Source: Candidatus Bathyarchaeota archaeon (lineage in GTDB: Archaea; Thermoproteota; Bathyarchaeia; Bathyarchaeales; DTEX01). From it: 64,000 nt of DNA. The DNA is taken from assembly GCA_018396635.1 (NCBI GenBank), contig JAGTQE010000005.1, positions 11,325 through 75,324 of the forward strand, written 5' to 3'. The notes below the pieces were generated by a model. That model did no database searches. It saw only the letters and a list, made by a program, of their open reading frames with translations, and was not told the DNA's origin. The position numbers and the translations under genes are program-made. Below, in pieces: positions 1-10,269 of this stretch. Within the stretch, counting starts at the first letter, position 1. Each line of letters opens with the position of its first letter.

Positions 1-2871
1 ACAATAGCATACTATAGATTCATCCGAGGTTTTGAAGTGGTCTCCAGCCCAGTCGGCCATTGTCGGTAGCGGATGCTCTGTTAACATATACACGTCTGGA
101 TAGAATGCTACCGCGAAGGAGTTGAAAACCGCCCGTAAGAAATGCTTGTTTTTCCCTCTCAATAAGTATGGTATCTGGAAGCCGTAGAGATTCGGCTGCA
201 TAGAGAAGCCCCCTCTACTAAACCAGTACCTATCGAATTCTGAAGAAGGTATGCTGTACCCGTACTCGTCAGAGATGTAGCGGTTATCCTCATAATCCTT
301 CATTATCCACTCAGCTATCTTTGAGTGTGGATCTATCAGGCTGCATAAAATAAGATGCATAGCGCCTTCCAATGTCTCACGTATCCACCCTATATCCCGC
401 CCACGCCTATCGACTCTCGAAGGGATATATGGCACCCAAGTTCCATCCCTAAGCTTGACCACAGGGCTCCTAATCATGGCTTCAGTAATGCCCGCAAGCA
501 AATCATCTCTATATGCTTCAGCCTCCCTCCTAAGCCTTTCAGCCTCAGGATGATTTATTTCACCTAATATCTCTGCAATAGATTTAAGTCCCCTGTAAGC
601 GTGAGCGTTCGTCGCAATCCAATGCCAGAATTCTCTTACATCCTCTAGAGAGCCGGGAGGAAGGAAACCATACTCAATAACCTTCTTACCATTAATTGTC
701 TTCTTAGTTGCCTTTCTTTCTTCAATTATCCAATTGCATGCCTCGATTAGGTTTGGTGCAACTCTCTTAAGCCACTCTTTATCGCGAGTGTGCTTATAGT
801 GCTCTGCGAAAGCCCATAAAATCCATCCGTGATGCTGACCATAATCTCCACATTCATAGCCTCCGGCGCCGAAGAACACTCCCTTAGCGGTGGAGTATTT
901 TCCAGCCATAACGGCTGTTCCCTGATAATATATGAAGACGTCTAATCTGCGCTCCGCTTCATCGTAGAGCCCCCTCCGGTCAAGCTCGCTTATAACCATC
1001 GCGCTCTCATTAGCGAAAACGCCATAATTAAATGAGCTTACTCTACACATGTATCTCTGTGATCCAGGCTCCTTATCGTCAGTTATATGCACGTGGCTCA
1101 GAAAAGCCTTATAAAAATTGTTTAGCCATTTCTCCGGAATGTCAATCTGCATCCCCTGACTAAGTAGGCTCCTCCAGTATTGAACCGCTTTTTTCTTCTC
1201 CACCTCGAAATCTAAGCTTTTAAGCCTATTTATTTCAAAGTTTTCAAGCGGGGTTATTGAGGGAACCTTGAGATACAATACATGTTTTTCGCCTGGATTA
1301 AGGTTTAAAGTGTATATGGGGGAACCGTCTGAATCTTTAACCTCGCCACGCCCACATATATCCAAAATGTATCTAAGCCTCTTAGCTGGGTGATCTTGGC
1401 AAAGCGCATAAACGAGTCCATCCTCGTATTTAAGTTGCTCCTCCACACCTTTAGCGTCACGCCAATTCCTCTTACATAATGATGATAGTTTAAGACTGAT
1501 GGTTTTCGGAGAGAGACTCTGGGAGAAAAGCGTTATTTTCATCATGCACACTATTGGATCGTCGCCGTCTATCATCTCTTCCCCTTTAAGATCGTCAAGC
1601 AAGTTCTTTAACAGTAATGTTGCAAAAGCTTCCTGCTCAAAAACTACGCCGTCCTCTATCCACTTGGCATGAACTATCGGAAGATACTCATCCTCTAACC
1701 ATCTTTCATCCGGATCCCTATCTGGAAAGCCAAAGCCATAAGTTACGGTATCTCCATCCCAAAGAAATCTATCTGAATACTTCCCCTTCACCCTCAAATT
1801 CCAAAGCTTCGGTATAAAAATTGCACCCCTCGTATCTACCCCAATCTTCTGTCTTCGGCCCTTACATCCTAGAATGAAATGTATGCTCCTCCTCTTTGCG
1901 GGCATTTCTCTCCAGGCCCTTTCAAGGCTCTGCTCGGGCATTTTATCAATCATGTCATATATTGTCGCCAACCTTTTCCCACTTAACACGTCACTATATG
2001 CTCTGAGACTTATATTCTCAGATGATTTTGAGATCAGAACATCGTAGTCTTTTATTAGGATCGCTCTCTCCCTCTCAAGATCCCTCATAGAGAAAGAAAA
2101 GCTGAAGGCGGCTGAGCGGATAGTGACTATCGTTTCATCAAAGCTCTTTGGCTTATCAATGGAGGCATACCATATCTCCGCCCTAATTCCATCGGTTTCG
2201 CCGTCCTTGACCTCTGAGAGCCAAGAATCTTTCGATAAGATTCTTACCCTACTACAATTATTAAGTGGCTTTAAATCTTTTAGCTCGCCATTAAACACTT
2301 CAATAGACCCACTCCAAACCCTCACCTTATCCAGCCCACACCCCCACTCTACAGAGACCTCCATCAACCTCCAGGTGGAATCTGTATAAACCTCAAAACT
2401 CTCGATTTCAGGCAGATCTTTTGGGAAAAGCACCCTAACCTTTAGTGTCCTACGAAAACTCACATCATAATCAGTAAGCTCTGGATACTCCTCTGTAAGA
2501 GGTCTGAACGTGAAGAGCAGTACATTCCCTTCAACCCTCAAATTAAACCTTGCATCCCTCCACAGCCCATTATAGAGGTCATCTATGGGCCCCCAGCCGG
2601 AAAAACCAGCGCCTACATGCTCAAACTTAACTTTAGGCCAATTGCACTGCCAATATTGCACTTTAAAGGCCGCTTCACTTAGCCCTCCAGGTGGATGTTT
2701 AAACCGCATAATTATTGCGTAAATATCTCGCGGGTCGCTCCATAAAACGCCAATTTCACCTGCATTAAACCATGTTTCACCGTATCTTGCTATATTAACT
2801 GGCGCTCCGAGTGTAGGCATGGGAGTGAATACATTCATTGATATGCTACTCGTTATTCCATAACCCTCCAT
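1..2871 (-). CDS. Large hypothetical protein, probably with a C-terminal six-hairpin glycosidase-like domain; truncated by the window edge
   Basis: Not in the ORF track. ATG at 2871; the frame was spot-checked open at several places (PIVHAKWIEDGVVFEQEAFA, GRRQKIGVDTRG, MADWAGDHFKTSDES) and runs off position 1. Directly downstream of uxaE. Function is inferred. Confidence 0.6.
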   Translation of the reverse strand, partial: MEGYGITSSISMNVFTPMPTLGAPVNIARYGETWFNAGEIGVLWSDPRDIYAIIMRFKHPPGGLSEAAFKVQYWQCNWPKVKFEHVGAGFSGWGPIDDLYNGLWRDARFNLRVEGNVLLFTFRPLTEEYPELTDYDVSFRRTLKVRVLFPKDLPEIESFEVYTDSTWRLMEVSVEWGCGLDKVRVWSGSIEVFNGELKDLKPLNNCSRVRILSKDSWLSEVKDGETDGIRAEIWYASIDKPKSFDETIVTIRSAAFSFSFSMRDLERERAILIKDYDVLISKSSENISLRAYSDVLSGKRLATIYDMIDKMPEQSLERAWREMPAKRRSIHFILGCKGRRQKIGVDTRGAIFIPKLWNLRVKGKYSDRFLWDGDTVTYGFGFPDRDPDERWLEDEYLPIVHAKWIEDGVVFEQEAFATLLLKNLLDDLKGEEMIDGDDPIVCMMKITLFSQSLSPKTISLKLSSLCKRNWRDAKGVEEQLKYEDGLVYALCQDHPAKRLRYILDICGRGEVKDSDGSPIYTLNLNPGEKHVLYLKVPSITPLENFEINRLKSLDFEVEKKKAVQYWRSLLSQGMQIDIPEKWLNNFYKAFLSHVHITDDKEPGSQRYMCRVSSFNYGVFANESAMVISELDRRGLYDEAERRLDVFIYYQGTAVMAGKYSTAKGVFFGAGGYECGDYGQHHGWILWAFAEHYKHTRDKEWLKRVAPNLIEACNWIIEERKATKKTINGKKVIEYGFLPPGSLEDVREFWHWIATNAHAYRGLKSIAEILGEINHPEAERLRREAEAYRDDLLAGITEAMIRSPVVKLRDGTWVPYIPSRVDRRGRDIGWIRETLEGAMHLILCSLIDPHSKIAEWIMKDYEDNRYISDEYGYSIPSSEFDRYWFSRGGFSMQPNLYGFQIPYLLRGKNKHFLRAVFNSFAVAFYPDVYMLTEHPLPTMADWAGDHFKTSDESIVCYC

Positions 2872-2880
2872 TTAACTGCC

Positions 2881-4395
2881 TTATATACTCCATAGAGACT
2901 CTAGATGTTTCCTAATATGCTTGGAGATAACTTCATAGTATTCTTCCTCCCTATCGAGTAAAACTCTCTTAATCCTATCTCTGAAGAGCCATCTTCCATC
3001 TTCCCCTCTAGCCGATAATACTGAGCCGAATGTCACATGAAGAATCTGTCTCGCCTTAGGGTTGTCAAGATATGTCTCCTCAAGCTTCCCGTCTGTGACT
3101 TCTTCTGGCTGCCGGATCTGTGATGGGTCTGCGCTAGTATAATATGATGCCCTATCCTCCCCGAACCTTTGGATACTAAACTTAACAATCTCGCGGAATA
3201 GACTTGGATCGTGCCTCGCTATTATGCGTAGAGACTCTAGATAGCTGGTTCCAGCAGTCTTTAGGTGGATTATGTCGCCAGCTAATCTACCCATTATTGG
3301 GTATATCGAGAATTTATCGCTGCCGGAGTGTATGCTTAGCTTGTATGGTCCAAAGTTTCTGGCTATTAACGCGTGGATCTGGAACGTCCTCTCAAACTCC
3401 CCTAAATCGCCTATATAGTCGACGGCCTTCTCAAATCTGCCAACAAACCTCAGGGCTAGGCTTTGTAAGCTTATTCCTAGCCTCTTAAGCTCCAATGCTA
3501 TAAATAAGTGTTCGATTGGTTTGGTCGGGGTTTCCGTCTCATCAACGGATAGCTCAAGATCGTATCTTCCACCCTTAAACAGGTCATCTAGGAGCTCCTT
3601 CAATTTTAGGGTATGAGCGATTGCAGCAGAATACTTTACAGAAGCTCTGAGGAGATCCTCCCTTAAGAAACATAGTTCCAGGACGACTCTTCCAGCGGGA
3701 TCTTTAACTTCAAAAGTTTTCCCTAAATATCTTTCGAGGATCTCTCTCCCACTACACCTTAAAATTCCCCATGGTAAACGATTAAACTTCTCCTCTAAGA
3801 CATGGATTGGATAATTGTCTGCACCATTATCAACGTACTCTGATGGATCTATTGTATACATTGTGAAGCCCGCCGCAAACGCCTCCTTAACGTCCTCCTC
3901 AGTCTTCAAGTGATCAGCGTCGGCTGCAAAGCCATTCCGATAACCCTCTTGAAAAACCGCCCATGTAACATCATCTATAACTTCTTGAGGTGATCTTAGC
4001 GTGCGCTTCATCTCCCGCACCGACTGCTGGGCGAGGACTGGGAAGAACCTCAAATCACGTACAGCGCGTATATGTCCAGGTGTAGCTAATCCAATGCGAT
4101 CGCCTGTTCCAATGGCGGGCGTTAAACCTATTGGTATTGGCTTGGTATATGGGAAATGTTCGCGTATTTCGGCTGCGTTGTGAGGGTTGCATGGACAAAT
4201 CCTGTAGGTTAAGGATTTATCGAGGGCGCCCTCCTCCTCATGGAGAAAGTTAGCTAAGAATTTTGGGGGATTCTCTGAAGGATATATTATGACGAGCTTC
4301 CGCTCATATCCATCCCTAATCAAGAAGAAGAGAGCGTCATCCTTAATTGAGATTGAAGAATCGTAGACCTTCACCCTGCGTCCCCGTTCCTCCAT
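2881..4395 (-). CDS. uxaE: Tagaturonate/fructuronate epimerase UxaE
   Basis: Motifs GTGDRIG, AQQSVRE, ADADHLK, ELSVDET, SIHSGSDKFSIYP, HLKTAGTSYLE. Confidence 0.9.
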   Translation of the reverse strand: MEERGRRVKVYDSSISIKDDALFFLIRDGYERKLVIIYPSENPPKFLANFLHEEEGALDKSLTYRICPCNPHNAAEIREHFPYTKPIPIGLTPAIGTGDRIGLATPGHIRAVRDLRFFPVLAQQSVREMKRTLRSPQEVIDDVTWAVFQEGYRNGFAADADHLKTEEDVKEAFAAGFTMYTIDPSEYVDNGADNYPIHVLEEKFNRLPWGILRCSGREILERYLGKTFEVKDPAGRVVLELCFLREDLLRASVKYSAAIAHTLKLKELLDDLFKGGRYDLELSVDETETPTKPIEHLFIALELKRLGISLQSLALRFVGRFEKAVDYIGDLGEFERTFQIHALIARNFGPYKLSIHSGSDKFSIYPIMGRLAGDIIHLKTAGTSYLESLRIIARHDPSLFREIVKFSIQRFGEDRASYYTSADPSQIRQPEEVTDGKLEETYLDNPKARQILHVTFGSVLSARGEDGRWLFRDRIKRVLLDREEEYYEVISKHIRKHLESLWSI

Positions 4396-4549
4396 TAGCC
4401 TTCTAAAAGCTGAAACCTTATCCTTCAGCCCAAATTCCCTCCTTTAACCCAACAACTCTTTTACAGATCTGAAGGATTAATTTTGAGTTATTGTGCTACG
4501 TTTTGCTGGCTAACAATATATAAATGTGATGGACAAACAATTATTTTTA

Positions 4550-6106
4550 ATGTCGACGGAAGTATGGATCCAGCCAATAGATCCGCTTGGGCATATGGCG
4601 TTATCCTTCCTATTCTCCCTAGCACCCATACTGCTGCTTATACTTCTCCTATGCCTCTTTAGGAAGCCTGGGTGGGTGGCGGCGTTAGCATCCTCTGTGG
4701 TGTGCTTTGTCATCTCAGTCACCGTATATGGGGCTCCTATGCAAGTGGCTCTCTTAAGCTACGCTTATGGGCTGGTTTTTGGGCTTTGGCCCATATCTTG
4801 GATAATTCTAAACGCCATATTTCTGTATAGGGTGTCTGAGAGGTGCGGCTGCATAGAGAGCCTTTCTAAGTGGATTGGGGAGAACATGCCTAACGATAGG
4901 GGGCTATATGCCCTCTTAATCTCATTCCTCTTCGGAGGGCTTATAGAGGGAGTCGATGGATACGGTTTTCCAATAGCCATATCGTCCACACTGCTCGCTG
5001 ATCTAGGGTTTAATCCCATTGACGCCGTATGCATATCACTTTTGGCAAACACCGTCACGGTTCCATTCGCAGGCTTAGGTGTACCTATAGAAACCCTCGG
5101 CGTAGCGTCGGGGCTAGATGTCAAGGACATATGCCTATACCTCTCATCCCACCTAGCGATGATATCAGTGGCCACGGCGCCTCTAATCATTCGCATGGCG
5201 TCTGGGCGGGGAGCCGCGAGCAGGGCATATGAGGCTAGCTTTGTGGCCGGGCTATCGTTGGGAGCAGTCATTTACCTAGTGTCTGCCTATATCGATCCGC
5301 GCATATCGGGGATACTTGCACCCCTAGCCTCCATGATACTAACAATAATCTATGTTAGGGTTAGGTTTAAGGCGAAGATTAAGTCTACAGGTTTCAGGGG
5401 CTGGCTTCCATGGATAATTGTCTCAGCACTTATGGGAACAGTCAGCTTCATTGGGCTGCATAAATTGTTTGCTGTAAAGATTTATGTTCCGGGTTTGCAT
5501 GGAAGAGTCTTCATACCACTATATAGTGTTGCCTACAGCGCCATATATGAGATACAGCCATTAGCCCATGGAACACTGGCCTTAATCTCCGCCATAATCG
5601 TGGCCCTCATCTTTAACTTGAAGCCATCAGTAATGCTGTGGCTCTACATAGATTCTCTAAGGAGGATGAAGAACGCATTTCTAACCATAGCGGAGATACT
5701 GGGCTTAGCCTTCCTCATGAACTACACGGGCCTATCCCTAACACTAGGATACTCTCTGTCACATGTTGGGCCGCTGTTCCCAGCCCTCTCAGGCTTCATA
5801 GGTTGGATTGGAACCTTTGTCAGCGGTTCGGAGACGGGCTCAAACGCCCTCTTCGGAAAACTTCAGAGAATAGCAGCCGAGCTCTCCGGCCTCCCACCCC
5901 ACTTAACTACAAGCCTTAACGCTGCAGGAGGAGTTCTGGGGAAAATCGTCTCGCTCCAGAGCATAGCGATAGGCCTATCGGCGACTGGGCTGAGGAGGGA
6001 GGAGGGTGTAATCTTGCGTAGGCTGATCGGCTATAGCCTAGCCCTAACGCTCATGCTGGGTTTGATGGGATATATACAGGCATATATCTCAACTCTGAGC
6101 ATATAA
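4550..6106 (+). CDS. L-lactate/glycolate permease (LctP family)
   Basis: Polytopic membrane protein; GLWPISWII, EGVDGYGFPIAI, GSETGSNALFG, GGVLGKIVSLQSI. ATG 4550 lies about 26 nt after TATATAAA. Confidence 0.85.
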   Translation: MSTEVWIQPIDPLGHMALSFLFSLAPILLLILLLCLFRKPGWVAALASSVVCFVISVTVYGAPMQVALLSYAYGLVFGLWPISWIILNAIFLYRVSERCGCIESLSKWIGENMPNDRGLYALLISFLFGGLIEGVDGYGFPIAISSTLLADLGFNPIDAVCISLLANTVTVPFAGLGVPIETLGVASGLDVKDICLYLSSHLAMISVATAPLIIRMASGRGAASRAYEASFVAGLSLGAVIYLVSAYIDPRISGILAPLASMILTIIYVRVRFKAKIKSTGFRGWLPWIIVSALMGTVSFIGLHKLFAVKIYVPGLHGRVFIPLYSVAYSAIYEIQPLAHGTLALISAIIVALIFNLKPSVMLWLYIDSLRRMKNAFLTIAEILGLAFLMNYTGLSLTLGYSLSHVGPLFPALSGFIGWIGTFVSGSETGSNALFGKLQRIAAELSGLPPHLTTSLNAAGGVLGKIVSLQSIAIGLSATGLRREEGVILRRLIGYSLALTLMLGLMGYIQAYISTLSI

Positions 6107-6131
6107 GTCAAAACATTCGGTTTAGAGTTAA

Positions 6132-7376
6132 TCATGACGCAAATATCTTTATGAGGGCCTCCAGGTCCGCTTCTATCTCAACTGGCTTAGGGAATTGCCT
6201 TAAAACAATATCTGGATCTTTCAGTCCATGCCCGGTGAGTATGCAGACAACAGTCTCATCCCTATCTATTAGCTTCATGTCCGCAAGCTTTATCAATCCA
6301 GCTATAGCCGCCGCGCTTGCCGGCTCAACGAAAATGCCCTCTCGCCTAGCTAAAAGCGCCTGGGCGCTCAGTATCTCCTCATCGGAGACCGTTTCAGCCA
6401 GTCCGCCGGACTCCTTAATGGCTTTAACTGCCTTCTTCCAGTTAACCGGCGAACCTATCCTTATGGCTGTTGCAATGGTTTCCGGCCTCTCAACAAACCT
6501 CATCTCCTTTAAACCCCCCTTAATGAAGTTAGCTATTGGCGCAGCACCTTCAGATTGTATTCCAATCATTTCGGGAAGCTTCTCTATTAAGCCAGCCATA
6601 TACAGCTCCTTGAAGCCCTTCCATATGGCGCTGATATTGCCAGCATTCCCAACGGGAACTATAACCTTATCTGGCACCTTATGGCCCATCTGATCCCATA
6701 TCTCGAAGGCTATTGTCTTCTGCCCCTCAAGCCTATACGGATTTATCGAGTTCAATAAATATATTGGTTGCGTTAAGCAAAGCTCCTCAACGATTCTAAG
6801 AGCTTCATCAAAATTTCCCTTGACCTGAATTACCCTAGCTCCATGAATTATCGCTTGGACAAGCTTGCCGAACGCCACTTTACCTGAAGGGATTAGCACA
6901 ATGCATTCCAACCCGGCTTTAGCCGCATATGCCGCTAAGGAGGCGGAAGTGTTACCTGTTGAGGCGCATGCAACCCTCTTCATGTCAAGTTCTAGAGCCT
7001 TAGTTACTCCAACAGTCATTCCCCTATCCTTGAATGACCCGGTTGGATTCTCGCCCTCATTCTTCACATAGAGGTTCTTTAGGTTTAATTCGCATCCAAG
7101 CCTAACACACCTGTTCAGGCTTGTCCCGCCTTCGCCCAAACTCACCATTTTACTACTATCGCTTATTGGTAGCAGCTCTATGTAGCGCCAGACGGTTAGG
7201 GGTCTCGAAGCCCACCTTAGAGATATTTCAGGGCTCATTAAATCATTATTATATTCAACTGAGAGGAGTTCTCCACAGCTAGAACACTTATAAATGATTG
7301 TGTTTGGAGGAAACTCAGCCCCGCATCCTATACATTTTAGGCGATAATGCCAGGCCATAGATCTTCTCCCATTCAT
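6132..7376 (-). CDS. thrC: Threonine synthase
   Basis: N-terminal CxxC/CxxC; NPTGSFKDR (PLP lysine); CASTGNTSAS; VPVGNAGN; ILTGHGLKD. Confidence 0.93.
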   Translation of the reverse strand: MNGRRSMAWHYRLKCIGCGAEFPPNTIIYKCSSCGELLSVEYNNDLMSPEISLRWASRPLTVWRYIELLPISDSSKMVSLGEGGTSLNRCVRLGCELNLKNLYVKNEGENPTGSFKDRGMTVGVTKALELDMKRVACASTGNTSASLAAYAAKAGLECIVLIPSGKVAFGKLVQAIIHGARVIQVKGNFDEALRIVEELCLTQPIYLLNSINPYRLEGQKTIAFEIWDQMGHKVPDKVIVPVGNAGNISAIWKGFKELYMAGLIEKLPEMIGIQSEGAAPIANFIKGGLKEMRFVERPETIATAIRIGSPVNWKKAVKAIKESGGLAETVSDEEILSAQALLARREGIFVEPASAAAIAGLIKLADMKLIDRDETVVCILTGHGLKDPDIVLRQFPKPVEIEADLEALIKIFAS

Positions 7377-7467
7377 CCTATAAATGCTGAGACTGGCCTT
7401 CCCACCTATAAAATTATTTCAGGGATCTTAAAATAATAATGGTGAATTAGCTTCGAGGGCGACAAGC

Positions 7468-8862
7468 GTGCTTGCATGTACTGAGTGCGGGGAAAAGCTG
7501 GAGGAGGACTATCCGAGAGATAAATGCCCAAAATGTGGCGGGAAGGGCACTTTAGAGTATCAAATGGACCTTGAGGAGCTGAGGGCTGCCGAGTTTACAG
7601 GGGAGTTCTCATTCTGGAGGTATAGGGCGCTTCTCCCAAAAGTAAAGAATTATGCGACTTTACATGAGGGTGGAACTCCACTATATAAGGCTGAGCGCCT
7701 AGCAAAATATATTGGTCTCCCAAAATTATACTTGAAGGATGAAACCAGGAACCCTACAAACTCCTTTAGAGATAGGGCCGCCGCACTGATGGTTTCAAAT
7801 ATGCTAGATTTTGGCTACACAGCTGCGATATGTGCCTCAAGCGGCAATATGGGTGCATCCCTATCCGCCTACTGCGCCAGGTACGGCATAATATGTCATG
7901 TTATAGTACCCGAGTACGTTGATATGGGTAAGATGGCTCAGATGATAGTGTATGATGCTGTGATTGAGGAGTATGGTAAAACCGTTGATGAAGCGATAGA
8001 GAGGGCTGAGAAGATAGTTGAGGAGACTGGCTGGTATCAGGCCACATCAGCGCTGAATCCACTCGTCATTGAAGCACAGAAAACAGTGGCTTTCGAAATA
8101 GCCGAGCAGATAGGTGTCCCAGATGTTATTGTTGTCCCAATGGGTAGCGGGGGAACAATATACTCTATATGGAAAGGCTTCAGGGAGCTTAATGATCTAG
8201 GTAAAGTAAAGGGTATGCCAAGGCTTATTGGAGTCCAGTCGAGCGGGTGCCCGCCTATAGTTAACGCTTTCCTTGAAAGGGAGGGCGAGCAGGAAACGCT
8301 ATGGACTAAGGCCACAAGCATATTCGTCCTAAACCCATTCAAAAAGAAGCTTGCCATAAAGGCCATAAGGGAGACTGGGGGCCTCGCCCTCTCAGTATCT
8401 GACCAAGAGATGCTTGAAGCTGAGCGGGAAATTGCCAAGATGGAGGGACTATTCGCTGAGCCAGCCAGCTCCGGGACCATAGCGGCCCTTAAGAAGCTCG
8501 CTCAGGAGTCAGCCATCGGCAGAGATGAGAACGTCGTATGTATAATGACTGGGAGCGGGCTTAAGGCAACAGATGTCCTACAGGCCTTATCTAAAAAGCG
8601 TAAAATAGCCTTATTAGAGGCTGAGTTTAGCACAAAGGAGAAGATACTTCGCATAATATCGCGGAAGAAGACTTATGGATATGAGATATGGAAGGAGCTG
8701 GGCAGAGTTATGACTAAGGCAGCCATATACCAGCATCTAAACGACCTAAGGAATAGGGGCCTAATATCTGTTCAGGTGAAGGATGGGAGAAAATATTTCA
8801 CAATAACCCAGAGAGGTAGGAGGGTGCTTGCCGCCATAGACGAAGTAAAAGCACTTCTTTAG
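7468..8862 (+). CDS. Threonine-synthase-like domain lacking the catalytic Lys, fused to a C-terminal PadR-like winged helix; putative transcription regulator
   Basis: ThrC motifs present but NPTNSFRDR; C-terminus ILRIISRKKTYGYEIWKEL...IYQHLNDLRNRGLI...GRKYFTITQRG matches the PadR pattern. Confidence 0.85.
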   Translation: MLACTECGEKLEEDYPRDKCPKCGGKGTLEYQMDLEELRAAEFTGEFSFWRYRALLPKVKNYATLHEGGTPLYKAERLAKYIGLPKLYLKDETRNPTNSFRDRAAALMVSNMLDFGYTAAICASSGNMGASLSAYCARYGIICHVIVPEYVDMGKMAQMIVYDAVIEEYGKTVDEAIERAEKIVEETGWYQATSALNPLVIEAQKTVAFEIAEQIGVPDVIVVPMGSGGTIYSIWKGFRELNDLGKVKGMPRLIGVQSSGCPPIVNAFLEREGEQETLWTKATSIFVLNPFKKKLAIKAIRETGGLALSVSDQEMLEAEREIAKMEGLFAEPASSGTIAALKKLAQESAIGRDENVVCIMTGSGLKATDVLQALSKKRKIALLEAEFSTKEKILRIISRKKTYGYEIWKELGRVMTKAAIYQHLNDLRNRGLISVQVKDGRKYFTITQRGRRVLAAIDEVKALL

Positions 8863-8895
8863 ACTTGATATGCCAGTTAACAGCAATTTTTAAAT

Positions 8896-8941
8896 AATAG
8901 TTTAGTTACAACTATACTAATCAACTTATAACTATACTAAT
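8896..8941. promoter_or_regulatory. Candidate operator (imperfect palindrome plus an extra half-site) just downstream of a TATA box
   Basis: AATAGTTTAGTT-AC-AACTATACTAAT at 8896-8921; second AACTATACTAAT at 8930-8941; TTTTAAATA at 8887-8895. Confidence 0.7.
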
Positions 8942-8947
8942 GAGGGC

Positions 8948-9481
8948 ATGCGCATGGAGAAAAGAAGGGAGAGTCTCTCCAGAAGAGTGTCATTTCTGGG
9001 AATCGCCATAGCGCTCGTATACGTGGCCACCTCCATCTCAATTCCCATGCCTAAACCATTAGGCGTCTGGCATATTGGAGATATAGCGTCATTTATCGTC
9101 GCCATATTCTTCGGCCCACTTATCGGAGCACTTGCATGTGGGGTTGGCGCAATGCTCTTTGACATATGGAATCCATTATGGGGCAGCAGTTTCATTATAT
9201 GGGCTCCGGCAACGCTTATAATTAGGGGGTTCATGGGCTTCTTGCTCGGGAAGATGAGGAAGATTATGCCGAATAAGCCCAGATTCTCAGAGATATTGGC
9301 TATGATAATTGCCTCTATTCAAAAAAATGTTTGTTACTTCCTTTACGATTACGCCCTTTTTGGATCAGTAGCCTTCTTAGATTTAATAACATTTTTCCCA
9401 TTAAGTGCACTCGACATAATTGTAGCGGTGCCGTTAATATCCTCAATACGAAAGATACTAAAAGTTGAGTATTACTGCTAG
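8948..9481 (+). CDS. ECF transporter S component
   Basis: 177 aa hydrophobic; GVWHIGDIASFIVAIFFGPLIGALACGVGAMLFD...WAPATLIIRG. Confidence 0.85.
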   Translation: MRMEKRRESLSRRVSFLGIAIALVYVATSISIPMPKPLGVWHIGDIASFIVAIFFGPLIGALACGVGAMLFDIWNPLWGSSFIIWAPATLIIRGFMGFLLGKMRKIMPNKPRFSEILAMIIASIQKNVCYFLYDYALFGSVAFLDLITFFPLSALDIIVAVPLISSIRKILKVEYYC

Positions 9482-9494
9482 CCGAGGTGTCATA

Positions 9495-10211
9495 ATGAAT
9501 ATAATAGATTCCCACACCCATCTCGGAACTTTCCCACTTTTCAATGTTAGTATGGATTCTGCTGAGATGATATCAATAATGAATCAATATGGAATTAAAA
9601 TCAGCGTAGTCTTCTCCTTGCCAAATGAGCTAACATTAGACGCGGTGAAAAAATATCCTGAAAGACTTATCGGTTTAGTATGGATTAATCCGCATGAGGG
9701 TAACTTAGCCCTACAAAAAGTGGATAGGGCAATTAACGAGTGGGGGTTTAAAGGGATAAAGATGCATCCCCTCCTAGATTCTTTCCTCCCGGATCAGGAG
9801 ATAGTTTATCCAGTAATGGAGAGAGCCCGAAAATATAGGGTTCCAATATTATTTCACTGTGGACATCCACCATGGTCTCTTCCATGGCACTTCAGCAACC
9901 TAGCTGAGGTATATCCCGATGTTACAATTATTTTGGGTCACATGGGCCATGGGCATATAGTGTATATTAATGGCTCGATTGATGTTGCGAGAAAACATGA
10001 AAATATAATCTTAGAAACATCAGCGATGCCCATGCATAGGAAGATTAAAGAGGCTGTTGAGAAGGTTGGCGAGGACAGAGTCATTTATGGATCAGATATG
10101 CCATTTGGGCATCCCTCATTCGAGATAAGGAAGGTCGAGGTTTCCGGTCTATCAGAGAAGCAGATTGAAATGGTTTTAAGTGTAAATGCACGCAAAATAT
10201 TTCGCTTATAA
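9495..10211 (+). CDS. Amidohydrolase family protein (amidohydro_2 type)
   Basis: IDSHTH, GIKMHP, LFHCG, ILGHMG, YGSDMP; GAGGTG RBS before ATG 9495. Confidence 0.85.
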   Translation: MNIIDSHTHLGTFPLFNVSMDSAEMISIMNQYGIKISVVFSLPNELTLDAVKKYPERLIGLVWINPHEGNLALQKVDRAINEWGFKGIKMHPLLDSFLPDQEIVYPVMERARKYRVPILFHCGHPPWSLPWHFSNLAEVYPDVTIILGHMGHGHIVYINGSIDVARKHENIILETSAMPMHRKIKEAVEKVGEDRVIYGSDMPFGHPSFEIRKVEVSGLSEKQIEMVLSVNARKIFRL

Positions 10212-10269
10212 AAGCATCGTCATGACGCAATGAAAATATTTATTTAGCGAATATTCTAGTGATTTTTGT

